From contig CBDCKS010000002.1 of the NCBI GenBank assembly GCA_965218345.1, positions 1,408,433-1,472,432 of the forward strand: DNA of 64,000 nucleotides, in the 5' to 3' direction. Each line of letters begins with the position of its first letter. Within the stretch, counting starts at the first letter, position 1. Positions 37,043-47,116 of this stretch are shown in pieces. The translations under genes and the position numbers were made by a program. Under the pieces are notes generated by a model, which saw nothing but the letters and a program-made list of their open reading frames with translations, was not told the DNA's origin and made no database searches. Origin of the DNA: Waterburya sp. GTDB lineage: Bacteria; Cyanobacteriota; Cyanobacteriia; Cyanobacteriales; Xenococcaceae.

Positions 37043-37366
37043 ATGAGCATCAGTAGCTTAGAATTCGAGTTCGATCTCTTATGGTCAGAATTATTTCCCG
37101 ATTTAGATTTGGAAACAGAAGTACGGCTAATTCCCAAGCGTCGCTTTAAGTTTGATTATGTTAATTTTTCTGCCAAGGTGGCAATCGAAATTAATGGACA
37201 AATTTGGCATCAAGGTGGACACACTACAGGAAAAAGCCTTATGCGAGATTATGAAAAGCTCAATTTAGCGCAGCAACAAGGCTATTGTGTATTTCAACTA
37301 TCAAAGGAAATGATTACCGAAACTTGGCTAAAGGCGATCGCTGATACCATTCGCGATCGCTTGTAG
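37043..37366 (+). CDS. Small DUF559/Vsr-like putative endonuclease
   Basis: RFKFDY...VAIEINGQIWH...KLNLAQQQGYCVFQL resembles the D...E-x-K core of restriction-endonuclease-like DUF559 proteins. The assignment is tentative. Confidence 0.45.
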   Translation: MSISSLEFEFDLLWSELFPDLDLETEVRLIPKRRFKFDYVNFSAKVAIEINGQIWHQGGHTTGKSLMRDYEKLNLAQQQGYCVFQLSKEMITETWLKAIADTIRDRL

Positions 37367-37483
37367 CCAGCCTGATATTTTTTAGCTAACTCTACTAAGC
37401 TATGGCAATGAATGATAACTAGCAATTAATCACTGATTTTCGTGGTAAAACAATAAAGTTCTCTGCAATAAAGTTTAATTGCC

Positions 37484-38518
37484 ATGACTAAAATTGACTA
37501 CGATGCCATCGCTAAACTTTCTTTGGCAGGAGAGTTAATCGATCGCACCACTGCCAAAAGCATTCTAACAGCTCCAGATTTGGTTTTATTAGAGCAATTA
37601 GCAGCAGCTTATCAGGTTCGTTATCATTATTGGTCAAATCGCGTCAGACTCCACTTTTTACTCAACGCTCAAAGTGGCTTATGTCCCGAAGACTGCAACT
37701 ACTGTTCTCAATCTAAAATTTCGACCGCCGAGATTGAGAAATATCCTTTGATAGCCCAAGCAAGAATTGTCCAGGCAGCAGATAAGGCAGCAGACTTAAA
37801 AGCAGGTACGTTTTGCATGGCTATTTCAGGGCGATCGCCTTCGGAATCTGTCTTTAGCAATGTGTTAGATGCTTTTAAAGCCGTCAAAGAGAAACACGAC
37901 TTAAAGATATGTGCCTGTTTGGGGTTACTCGATGAATCTCAAACCCAACGTTTAGCTGAAGTGGGAGTAGATCGAGTTAACCATAATCTCAATACTTCAG
38001 AAAATCACCACGAGAATATCTGTAGCACTCATACTTTTCGCGATCGCGTGGCAACAATTAAAAATGTCCAAAAAGCAGGTATCACGACCTGTTCAGGGGG
38101 AATTCTGGGCATGAATGAAACCGATGAAGATATTATCGACTTGGCTTATTCCCTGCGAGAGTTAGACGTTACCAGCGTGCCAATCAACTTTTTAATTCCC
38201 ATTGCTGGCACACCTTTAAGTGACGTTAATCAGCTAAATCCCCGTCGCTGTTTACGAATCTTAAACCTATTTAGATTTATTCTGCCTAAGCAAGAAATCA
38301 GAATTGCGGGGGGGAGAGAAGTCCACTTGCGATCGCTACAGGTAATGGGTTTATATCCTGCTAACTCTATTTTTGTCGGCGACTATCTCACCACCACTGG
38401 ACAATCAAAAGACGCTGATTTAGCTATGATTCGAGATGGAGGATTTGTCTTAGAAAACCCCGATGGTTCAATTTTAAACGTAGAAGACAACCAATTAAAG
38501 GTTGAATTTAAACAGTAA
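37484..38518 (+). CDS. bioB: Biotin synthase
   Basis: Radical-[13 protein letters not shown] motif with downstream bioB-type GGILGMNE and YLTTTG motifs. Confidence 0.9.
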   Translation: MTKIDYDAIAKLSLAGELIDRTTAKSILTAPDLVLLEQLAAAYQVRYHYWSNRVRLHFLLNAQSGLCPEDCNYCSQSKISTAEIEKYPLIAQARIVQAADKAADLKAGTFCMAISGRSPSESVFSNVLDAFKAVKEKHDLKICACLGLLDESQTQRLAEVGVDRVNHNLNTSENHHENICSTHTFRDRVATIKNVQKAGITTCSGGILGMNETDEDIIDLAYSLRELDVTSVPINFLIPIAGTPLSDVNQLNPRRCLRILNLFRFILPKQEIRIAGGREVHLRSLQVMGLYPANSIFVGDYLTTTGQSKDADLAMIRDGGFVLENPDGSILNVEDNQLKVEFKQ

Positions 38519-38843
38519 ACGAATTATCTGCAATACATTAATGCACTAATACGGCGATTTGCACCTAAATAGTGGACCATAATATGTTGTACAAAGCTGA
38601 CGTTCGCGATCGCCAACGAGAATATAGAAAGTATTGATGAACTCGAAGAAAGACTATCGAGCGCGTTGTTGTGTTCTCACTCAGATGGCGGAAGAAATTA
38701 AAAACCTAACTGATTATCATTGGTTCAAATATAGCTAGTTTTATATGACCTCTATCAATCGGATTTAGTATGACGTACTAACAGCAAGAAATCATACCTT
38801 GATTTACCAACGCTTTATTTGTACACAAAGCTATTTCAAAGCC

Positions 38844-39680
38844 TTATTCAACTGGATTAAGTGCCATCATTGACGACGATAGCTCTCTCATAGAAATCTT
38901 TGTTACCTGAGGATAGTATCCCAGCCATTGCTGAGATAGATTAGCAAATTGCTCAACAGAGCCACTGACACAGAAACGAGTTGGCAAGGGAAATTGTTCG
39001 TTGCGCAATCCCAGCAGAGATAATTCTTTTTTAGCTGCGACAATAATATGTTCGGCTGGATCGATAACTTCTACTGATGTTGGTAGTAAAGAACGAATTG
39101 TTTTTTCTAGATGTCTGTAGTGAGTACAGCCGTAGATGAGAGTATCGATATTTCTGGCTATTAGGGGTCGCAAATATTCTTGGGCAACGCTGCGAGTGTA
39201 GTCTGTATAAAGCTGATTTTGTTCGATGAGATGGACAAATTTGGGGCAAGGGATTTCCCACACTTCGGTTTGGGGATTAATTTCCTGTATTGCCTGACGA
39301 TAAGCATGGCTTTTGGCAGTGGCAGAAGTAGAAATCACGCCTATTCTTTTTCCTTGTTTAACCGCAGCCTTTGCTCCTGAAAGGATAACCCCAAGTATGG
39401 GGATATCATATTCTTTTCTGACTACCTCTAAAGCTAGAGCCGAACTTGTATTACAAGCCATAATGATCATTTTTACGTCTTGAGCGCACATCCAGTCTAG
39501 AATTTCGCGGACAAACTGAAGAATTTCCAGACGCGATCGCGTCCCGTAGGGTAGGCGAGCCGAATCAGCAAAATAAAGCAAAGACTCCGAAGGCATTTGG
39601 CGATACATCTCTCGTAATACGGTTAATCCTCCCACTCCGCTATCAAATAAGCCAATGCGCCAACTGGAATTTTTCATCAT
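38844..39680 (-). CDS. murI: Glutamate racemase
   Basis: IGLFDSGVGGLTVL, ACNTSSA and GCTHY catalytic Cys motifs. Confidence 0.9.
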   Translation of the reverse strand: MMKNSSWRIGLFDSGVGGLTVLREMYRQMPSESLLYFADSARLPYGTRSRLEILQFVREILDWMCAQDVKMIIMACNTSSALALEVVRKEYDIPILGVILSGAKAAVKQGKRIGVISTSATAKSHAYRQAIQEINPQTEVWEIPCPKFVHLIEQNQLYTDYTRSVAQEYLRPLIARNIDTLIYGCTHYRHLEKTIRSLLPTSVEVIDPAEHIIVAAKKELSLLGLRNEQFPLPTRFCVSGSVEQFANLSQQWLGYYPQVTKISMRELSSSMMALNPVE

Positions 39681-39765
39681 TGAATTTTTAAATTTTAAAA
39701 GGTAATATTTCCCTGTAATCGCCGATAAGATGATATATCACAGCCTAAGTACTTATACTTATAAG

Positions 39766-41667
39766 CTATAATTTATTCTGTTTAATGTACTCTATAACGC
39801 CCCTGGCGATCGCTTCTGCCATTTGACGACGATGATTGGGGTCTTTGAGGTGGGAAGCATCATCCGCTCCAGTTACAAAGCCAACTTCTACCAGTACGGC
39901 TGGTGCAATCGAATGTCTGAGTACATAAAATCTAGCTCGGCGAATACGGCGATCGTCAATATTGACCCCATTTAAAATACTGTAGTGAATTAACTCGGCT
40001 AAACGACGACCGCTTTGATAGTAATAAGTTTCTAACCCACTAACATCAGGACGAGAAAGATTAATCGAGTTGGCATGAATACTGACAAACAAATCGGCAT
40101 CTAAGTCATTAGCTAAATCAGTCCGACCCTCAAGACTGATAAAGTTATCGTTATCTCTAGTCATAATCACATCAATTCCCTGCTTGCCGAGAATTTCTGC
40201 AACATCTAAAGAAATGGGCAGCACTACATCTTTTTCCTGTAAGCCATCAATGCCGACTGCGCCTGAATCATAGCCTCCATGTCCTGGGTCAATGACAACT
40301 CTTGGGCGATCGCTGTTGGGAATAGGAGCAGCAACAGTGGGAAAAGAACTCTGTTTGGGAGCTTTGGCAAATCCTGGCGGTAAGAGTGGTGCATCACTTT
40401 GAGGCAGTGGATCTGCACCAATTTCTATTGGTAGTGCGATCTCCTGGTTATCTGCATTCAACCGTCCTAGACGATATCTTAGTCTGGTGGTGATGTCTAA
40501 AACCACCCTAGAGCTTTCTTGACGTACCTTTAGTTCCGAAATTGGACTACCAGCTTCTAATTCTGGCCCCTTAAAATCTTCGGTCAATTCCGCATTGTCA
40601 ATAGTTACTTGATAAATACCGTTGCTTTGTCTAGTAGCTACTGCCGATAGCTCATTATTTCCCTTAACTAAAAGTTCCGTATCGTCATTTTTTAGTTCGA
40701 TTTCGTCAATTAGACTTAACTCAGCTAAATCTTGGAGAAGCTTATCAGGTTTAGATATTATTTGAGGTTGAGAATTATCCGGAGTAGTGGCTAAGGTAGA
40801 AGCAGGTAAATCACCTTTAGGTAACAATAACAAACCTTTAATCCGACTAAAAGTAGCAAGCCATTCAGGACTATCTTCGGCTACCGTCAGGCTCATTTTT
40901 GCTTCATCATCGTCAACCTGTTCAAAATCGATGGTAGAAACACCATATTGATTCACCGCTACTTCTTCATCGTCTAGATCGTCAGGCAGAGTTATTCCTT
41001 CTAAAAAGAAATCAATGCGATCGCCGTCTCTTCTTGAATCAATTTTAATTTTTCTACTGCCATCGATATCAATAAAAAAGCCATTTTTGGTCGCTTTAAT
41101 ATAAGGAGAACCAGCTACAGTATTTATATCTGTATTTGTATCTGTTGTGTCCGTATCTGTTGTGTCAATAGAAACATTTTCCGTGGAGGTTTCTGCATCT
41201 TCCAATCCTGGCAATGAAGAAATGTTAACTTCAGGGACTTCTAAATCTATCGGGTCGCGATCGGCTATATCGACACGAGAAACTTTGGGCTGAGGGATCT
41301 CGACCTTCCATTCAGTCGCCGCATCTTCTTGAAACTCAAGATCATCGGCATCGATAGTGTAGCCAGGGGCAAATTCCACCACAATACGGGAAGTATCTGA
41401 CTCTGGCTGCCCAATTCTAAAGCCTCTAATTGGACCTTGATATTCTTCTTTGACAGTTTCTCTATCTAATGTTGTTCCAGGTAGATCGATTACCAGGCGT
41501 GTTGGATTACTGAGTAACTGTGCTTCGGGCTGTATCCCCTCATCGGTGGTAAATTCTAAATTTCGATCTTGTTCTTCAAATTCCCAAGATACTATTTTCC
41601 CTGCCCTGGCAGGGGAACAAAATAGAAAAACACCTATAAAACCTGATAATAGCCAGTGAAATTTCAC
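39766..41667 (-). CDS. amiC: N-acetylmuramoyl-L-alanine amidase with N-terminal AMIN domains
   Basis: Signal peptide and two AMIN-like repeats (RLVIDLPGT, VVLDI). The C-terminal Amidase_3 domain carries VVIDPGHGGYDSGAVG and SIHANS. Confidence 0.9.
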   Translation of the reverse strand: MKFHWLLSGFIGVFLFCSPARAGKIVSWEFEEQDRNLEFTTDEGIQPEAQLLSNPTRLVIDLPGTTLDRETVKEEYQGPIRGFRIGQPESDTSRIVVEFAPGYTIDADDLEFQEDAATEWKVEIPQPKVSRVDIADRDPIDLEVPEVNISSLPGLEDAETSTENVSIDTTDTDTTDTNTDINTVAGSPYIKATKNGFFIDIDGSRKIKIDSRRDGDRIDFFLEGITLPDDLDDEEVAVNQYGVSTIDFEQVDDDEAKMSLTVAEDSPEWLATFSRIKGLLLLPKGDLPASTLATTPDNSQPQIISKPDKLLQDLAELSLIDEIELKNDDTELLVKGNNELSAVATRQSNGIYQVTIDNAELTEDFKGPELEAGSPISELKVRQESSRVVLDITTRLRYRLGRLNADNQEIALPIEIGADPLPQSDAPLLPPGFAKAPKQSSFPTVAAPIPNSDRPRVVIDPGHGGYDSGAVGIDGLQEKDVVLPISLDVAEILGKQGIDVIMTRDNDNFISLEGRTDLANDLDADLFVSIHANSINLSRPDVSGLETYYYQSGRRLAELIHYSILNGVNIDDRRIRRARFYVLRHSIAPAVLVEVGFVTGADDASHLKDPNHRRQMAEAIARGVIEYIKQNKL

Positions 41668-41984
41668 AATGATTGCTCCTCACAAACAGTAGGTAATTGA
41701 CCGTGGAAGGCGGTCAGCGTGTACCGCTGACTTTTTAGATAAAGCTAGCCAAGACTCTCTAAGGAAACAATAGTATAAATACCAATAAAAACTGAGTAAC
41801 TTATTAAACTGCTTTTTTAAAAGTAATGCTAAATCCAAAATATTCCTAGCCAATTCTATTTGAACTATATAATACCCATTCTTTGAATTTGATCTATCGA
41901 GACGTAAATAGAAGCAGTTAGGTTTCATGAACTGATCGAGGCAAATCACAAGGTAGCTTGTAGATGTTTTTGGGTTTTACCAAG

Positions 41985-42047
41985 GGTCACAGATTACTCT
42001 GTCCTGAGACGGCATCCCGTCAAGCTGAATTAAGATAATCTGTGACC
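41985..42047. repeat. 63-nt palindromic element (12+3 bp stem, 32-nt structured loop)
   Basis: ggtcacagattaCtct ... agataatctgtgacc, with an inner gACGGcatcCCGTc hairpin. It lies 17 nt downstream of the antiporter stop codon. Confidence 0.7.
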
Positions 42048-42063
42048 TCGCCTAATTATGTTG

Positions 42064-43467
42064 TCAATCTTGAACTTTGTCCACTGGTTGAGCTACGGTT
42101 TCTTCTTCCTTAAATACAAGACGTAATAAAGGAGGAGCAATAAATGTGGTTGAAATTACCATAACGATGATGGCTGCGTCCGTAGCCTCAGATAAAGCTC
42201 CGCTGGCAGAACCAACTCCAGCAAAGACCAAGCCAACTTCTCCTCTAGGAATCATGCCCACACCGATCGCCAATTTATTCAGTTCAGGATTGCCAAAAAC
42301 GGTAAATCCCGTAATAACTTTACCTAGAATAGCAACCACAATTAAAAAGGCGGCAATAATTAGTCCTTCACGATTGCTAGCAACGGCTGGATTGAGTACA
42401 CTGAGATCTGTTCTCGCCCCTACACAGACAAAAAATATGGGAACAAAGAAGTCAGCCAGGGGAATCACCTGTTCTTCTAATTCTTTACGTTTTTCGGTTT
42501 CTGCCAGAATTAACCCCGCAGCAAACGCCCCCAAAATTCCTTCTAAATGAATTGCAGTGGCAATATAAGAGAGGGAAAAGGCAAATACTAAACTAGTTAA
42601 CAGTAATTCTCCCCGCGTTTTCATTTCGTTGACCAAGCCCATCAACAAAGGACTAATCCAACGACCAAGTAAAATTGAACCAATCAGAAATACCGCTGCA
42701 CTAATAACAAGGTAAATAATATTGCTAATTTGAATTTCTCCAGTTTTGACCAGGCTGGCTACTACTGCCAAAACGACAATACCCAAAATATCATCTAGTA
42801 CCGCAGCACCAATGATAATTTGACCTTCTTCTGAACTCAGCTGTCCTATTTCTGCTAATACTTTAGCGGTAATACCAATACTGGTAGCGGTTAAAGCAGC
42901 CCCCGCAAAAATTGCCGGAATAACAGGAGTGTTGAAAATGTATACTAGCCCCGCTGTACCTGCGACAAAAGGAGTAACTACACCGACAACTGCCACCACA
43001 GCAGCAATTGGTCCGACGCGAATCAATTCTTTGAGATCGGACTCTAAACCAATCTCAAAAAGAAGGATAATTACCCCTAACTCCGAAAGAAGGGAAATTA
43101 CCTCACTTTGAGCGGCAAAGACTGATGACGCTGATTCTACAGATAATCCTGCGGTATTTTCAAGCAAGCTGACTATCAAAGAGTCTGTGGCTAAACTACC
43201 ACCTTCAGGAAAAACCAAAAGACGAAAGGCAGAAATACCAATTAACACTCCACCAAGTAATTGCCCTAAAACTGGCGGTAAATTAATGCGGGAGCAAATT
43301 TCTCCTCCTAATTGGCTTGCAAAGTAGATTATAACCAGGCTGAGTAAAACCCCTGCCAGGATTAAAGAACCTTCTTCGGTGGTAGATTCTGTTGCTGCTT
43401 CTGTGGCAGCAGCAAGTAAAGGCGAACTACTCAGCCAATTCCAAGTCAACATATAAGTATCGGTCAT
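42064..43467 (-). CDS. Cation:proton antiporter (CPA2/Kef-NhaS type, no KTN domain)
   Basis: 467 aa, about 12 TM, Gly-rich Na+/H+ exchanger family sequence. Confidence 0.85.
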   Translation of the reverse strand: MTDTYMLTWNWLSSSPLLAAATEAATESTTEEGSLILAGVLLSLVIIYFASQLGGEICSRINLPPVLGQLLGGVLIGISAFRLLVFPEGGSLATDSLIVSLLENTAGLSVESASSVFAAQSEVISLLSELGVIILLFEIGLESDLKELIRVGPIAAVVAVVGVVTPFVAGTAGLVYIFNTPVIPAIFAGAALTATSIGITAKVLAEIGQLSSEEGQIIIGAAVLDDILGIVVLAVVASLVKTGEIQISNIIYLVISAAVFLIGSILLGRWISPLLMGLVNEMKTRGELLLTSLVFAFSLSYIATAIHLEGILGAFAAGLILAETEKRKELEEQVIPLADFFVPIFFVCVGARTDLSVLNPAVASNREGLIIAAFLIVVAILGKVITGFTVFGNPELNKLAIGVGMIPRGEVGLVFAGVGSASGALSEATDAAIIVMVISTTFIAPPLLRLVFKEEETVAQPVDKVQD

Positions 43468-43710
43468 ATTTTCGGCTAAAAAATTTTTCTCTAATTTATT
43501 AGCTTATCGTTATCCTTCCCCATAAGATGTTTACTTACTTTTTTGTTCGAGAAATAACTATTTTCATCGATTATTTACATTTAATTTATTATTAGTCGCG
43601 ATGAGATTATATCTCGATCGCTATTCAAAAAACGTAAAATATTTTGAGTAAAAGAACTTTGAGACAGATAAATATCGGCAAAGGCGATCGCCATAAGCAA
43701 CTAAGAGGCA

Positions 43711-44821
43711 TCAAACCATTTGATTTTCCTGGCGCAAATAAGCCTCAATAAAAGGATCTAAGTTACCATCCATTACGTCGTTGATATCTGTGGTTTCAGT
43801 TTCCGTGCGTAAGTCTTTTACCATTTGATAGGGATGAAAGACATAATTACGAATTTGATTACCCCAGGCAGCATCAACAATATCACCACGAATTTCGGCA
43901 ATTTCCTGCGCTCGTTGTTCTTCGGCAATAATCAGTAACTTTGCTTTTAAAAGGGCTAAGGCTCGCTCTTTGTTTTGTAGCTGAGAACGTTCTTCGGTGC
44001 AGCGTACAGCAATTTTGGTTGGTAGATGAACAATTTGCACGGCGGTTTCAACTTTATTTACGTTTTGTCCTCCAGCACCACCAGAGCGAGAAGTTTTAAT
44101 TTCTAAATCTTTGTCAGGAATTTCGAGATCGAGTTCTTCATCTCCCAAATTGGGCATAATTTCTATCCCTGCAAAACTAGTTTGCCTTTTCCCGTTAGCG
44201 TTAAAGGGTGAGATTCTGACCAGACGATGAGTACCTTTTTCAGCTTTTAAGTAGCCGTACGCATAACGCCCCTCCACTTCTAGGGTAGCTGATTTGATTC
44301 CTGCCTCATCTCCTGGAGAAGATTCTGCTAAACGGACTTTGTAGCCTTGTTTTTCGCTCCAGCGAGTATACATTCTCAGGAGCATTTCTGCCCAATCTTG
44401 AGCGTCTGTACCACCAGCACCAGCGTTGATAGTTAATACAGCCCCCTTGGTGTCGTAGGTGCCAGACAAAAGCTGCTGTAATTCCCAAAGTTCAAGGTCT
44501 TTAGTAAGCTGTTCTAGATTGGTTTGGGCTTCTGTGGCTAGGGCTTCATCGGCTTCTAACTCTAGTAATTCAGCGATCGCTTTACTGTCTTCAAGGGTAC
44601 TCTGCCAATGCTGATATTGCTCCAAACTAGATTTGAGTTCGTTTAACTCTTGTAAAACTTTTTGAGCAGTATCTCGATCATCCCAAAACTCCAGCTGGGC
44701 TGCCCTTTGCTCTAAATCCTGTATTTTAGCAGTGATGGCAGGAGGGTCAAAGATACTCCTGAGTTTTACCCAGGCGTTGAGAAATAGCTTCGATAGTACG
44801 CTTTAATTCTGATACTTCCAT
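43711..44821 (-). CDS. prfB: Peptide chain release factor 2, expressed via programmed +1 frameshift (join 44821..44750, 44748..43711 on the minus strand)
   Basis: ORF0 [24 protein letters not shown] ends at an in-frame TGA within CTT TGA C. The +1 frame continues into the 304-aa ORF, which carries SPF and GGQ ([11 protein letters not shown]) motifs. Confidence 0.92.
44746..44763 (-). promoter_or_regulatory. RF2 autoregulatory +1 frameshift site (CAGGAG TAT CTT TGA C)
   Basis: Read directly on the minus strand. TGA is at 44747-44749, CTT at 44750-44752, and an SD-like AGGAG lies 3 nt upstream. Confidence 0.9.
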
Positions 44822-44864
44822 GATCGATTATCAATTATCAATTTTTAGCCTTAGTATCGTTATA

Positions 44865-45812
44865 TCAGCTAAAAGCCACATTGGACAATAGTTTGAGAGG
44901 TGTTAATTCTTTGAGTAATTCTAAAGAGGCGCGATCGCGAACAAATAGAGAGCCTGCAAAACCTAGTGAATTAATCGGTATATTTTGATATGATTCCTGG
45001 GAGCGTGGCACAACTAACATCCAATTTCTAGTAGCCAAAAAATTATATGCTCCTGGCTGCTTGTTAGCCTGAGAATCTATGTCTAAACCAACTTGATTTA
45101 ATAAATTGTAATACTGTTTCAGCATGATTTGAGCAGCTTTAGTTGGTGAATCATGAGGTGATAAATCTAAAGAAGCGATCGCATGGCGAAAAGGAAAGCT
45201 GGCAACTGTACCCAAAGAGTTCTTAAAATCAATTTTGGCGATCGCCTTTTCTAACGGCAAGTGAACTACATTGGCTAAAAACGGCAGGGGAATCAACTGA
45301 AGATGTTTATGTCGCTGAGAAGCACCAGCAGCTTTCCCTCCGTTAAAAAAGGCTAACCCGTCTATTTCCTGCATACAAAACCATAAAGCATTAAAATCTT
45401 GCAGATTGAGCAAATCTGTTTGCTCTTTAAAAGCACGAGTTACAATTAGCAGATGATTGTCAACCACATTAAATTTGTTGAGCAGACAGATGTGAGTCTG
45501 GGAAATGTCACCAACAAATAGGTCAGGCTCGTAGGGCAAAAAAGGATCGATTCTTTTTCCTGTTTTGTTTTCTTGCTGTTTTTGTTGCTTTTGTGCTTTT
45601 TCTTTACGGGCTATATTAGCTAGAGTGCGAACCACAAAAGAAATATCATCCTGTTGAATTATATGATACTCAGTTTCAATCGATTCAAGTGCGCCACACT
45701 CGCGGGCAAGCTTGGTTTTTTGCGCAGTTTTTGACCACAAAGTATCAGGTTGTAACATGAAGTCGGCGTTCGTTTTGGCTGCTGATTCTTCCATAATCAA
45801 TGATGGGAGCAA
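44865..45812 (-). CDS. ATP adenylyltransferase / Ap4A phosphorylase II-like (GalT-branch HIT superfamily)
   Basis: NKFNVVDNHLLIVT and QRHKHLQLIP (H-x-H-x-Q) motifs. An alternative start is the ATG at 45794 (MEESAAK). Confidence 0.65.
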   Translation of the reverse strand: MLPSLIMEESAAKTNADFMLQPDTLWSKTAQKTKLARECGALESIETEYHIIQQDDISFVVRTLANIARKEKAQKQQKQQENKTGKRIDPFLPYEPDLFVGDISQTHICLLNKFNVVDNHLLIVTRAFKEQTDLLNLQDFNALWFCMQEIDGLAFFNGGKAAGASQRHKHLQLIPLPFLANVVHLPLEKAIAKIDFKNSLGTVASFPFRHAIASLDLSPHDSPTKAAQIMLKQYYNLLNQVGLDIDSQANKQPGAYNFLATRNWMLVVPRSQESYQNIPINSLGFAGSLFVRDRASLELLKELTPLKLLSNVAFS

Positions 45813-45839
45813 TAACTATCTATTGTGCATCGTCAATTA

Positions 45840-46769
45840 TCAGTTGTTTAAGGCTGCTTGACAATCTTTAGTAATTTGCTGCTTTAATTCTCCTACAGAG
45901 TCAAACTTTTGTTCGGGGCGTAAAAAATTAAGTAAATTTACTTTTAAAGTTTGACCATAGAGATCCCCCGACCAGTTAAGTAAATGAGCTTCAATAGTTG
46001 GAGCTTCCCCTGCCACCGTAGGACGACAGCCAATATTCATCACTCCTTTAACTTTAGTTTGATCTATGAATACATCCACTGCATACACTCCAAATCGGGG
46101 TAAAAACTTTTCAGCAGGAGGTTTGATGTTAGCCGTAGGAAAGCCGATAGTTCTGCCCAACTGTTGCCCTGAAACAACTTGACCCATTAGGCTATAAGGT
46201 CTACCCAACAAGTCGTTAGCCGTGGTGATTTCTCCATTTAATAAAGCCTGTCGAATTAAAGAACTACTTACCCGCACTGCATCACCATCAGCATTTTGAT
46301 ATTTGTGCAGAGAATTGAGATGTACTTCAATGCCAAAATTGGCAGCGATATTACGTAAATCTTCTCCTGTCCCTTTTCTTTGGTAACCAAAACGAAAATC
46401 TGAGCCAACGCTAATTTGTTTAGCCTGTAGCTGTTGAACTATAATTTGCTCAACAAACTGCTGTGGACTAAGAGAAGCCAGGTTGCGATCGAATGGTAAA
46501 AGAATTAACTGCTCGATTCCCATACTAGCTAGCAAGTCTGCTTTTTCGGCAACAGGAGTTAGAAGCTGCACCTGTCCACCTGTAAAAAATTCGCGGGGAT
46601 GGGGAGTAAAGCTAACTACAGAAGGACACAGATGACCATCTTTTTGAGATTGCCCAGAGTCAATAATTGGTTGCAGCACTATCTGATGCCCTTGATGAAT
46701 GCCATCAAAATTACCAAGAGCGATCGCTGTAGGGGTTTGAAACTGTTCTGTCGAAGATGCAATTAACAC
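45840..46769 (-). CDS. ribF: Bifunctional riboflavin kinase / FMN adenylyltransferase
   Basis: LGNFDGIHQGHQ, the SSSLIR motif, and a C-terminal riboflavin kinase with GFPTANI and a PTIEAHLL-type sequence. Confidence 0.9.
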   Translation of the reverse strand: MLIASSTEQFQTPTAIALGNFDGIHQGHQIVLQPIIDSGQSQKDGHLCPSVVSFTPHPREFFTGGQVQLLTPVAEKADLLASMGIEQLILLPFDRNLASLSPQQFVEQIIVQQLQAKQISVGSDFRFGYQRKGTGEDLRNIAANFGIEVHLNSLHKYQNADGDAVRVSSSLIRQALLNGEITTANDLLGRPYSLMGQVVSGQQLGRTIGFPTANIKPPAEKFLPRFGVYAVDVFIDQTKVKGVMNIGCRPTVAGEAPTIEAHLLNWSGDLYGQTLKVNLLNFLRPEQKFDSVGELKQQITKDCQAALNN

Positions 46770-46804
46770 GCTTTACATTTTGACACAATTTATGACCCGC
46801 AATC

Positions 46805-46834
46805 AAAAAAAACCCCTAGGTACCAAACTAGGGG
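46805..46834 (-). terminator. Rho-independent terminator (minus strand)
   Basis: On the minus strand: cccctag-tttggtac-ctagggg followed by T8. It separates the decayed adhesin locus from ribF. Confidence 0.7.
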
Positions 46835-47116
46835 CAATTTATGCAACAGATATTATCTGTTCCATAGCTCTATCTCTTCTCTAATATCATCTGTAGTTGA
46901 GTAGAAGACGATGATCCAGGTCACAATTAAAATGTGAATTAAATTTTAGTAAGTAGAGAAAGATTGAAAAGTGAGAACATCAATTTCCAATTAGATATAC
47001 TCTAGACTTATGGTTGAGGAGAGAAAAGGAAAGAGATTTTAAAGCAATCGTTAGAAGCGTATTGATTGACACCATTACTTAATACGAGTATTAATTTTTT
47101 ACTAAACTTTTAATCT

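Noticed and set aside
41680-41949. 89-aa minus-strand ORF between amiC and the antiporter gene
   Set aside because: The sequence is AT-rich and low-complexity (Leu/Tyr/Lys/Asn-rich) with no recognisable family. It is more likely the amiC promoter/leader region, which contains a GTCAGCG-tgtac-CGCTGAC hairpin at about 41715-41733.
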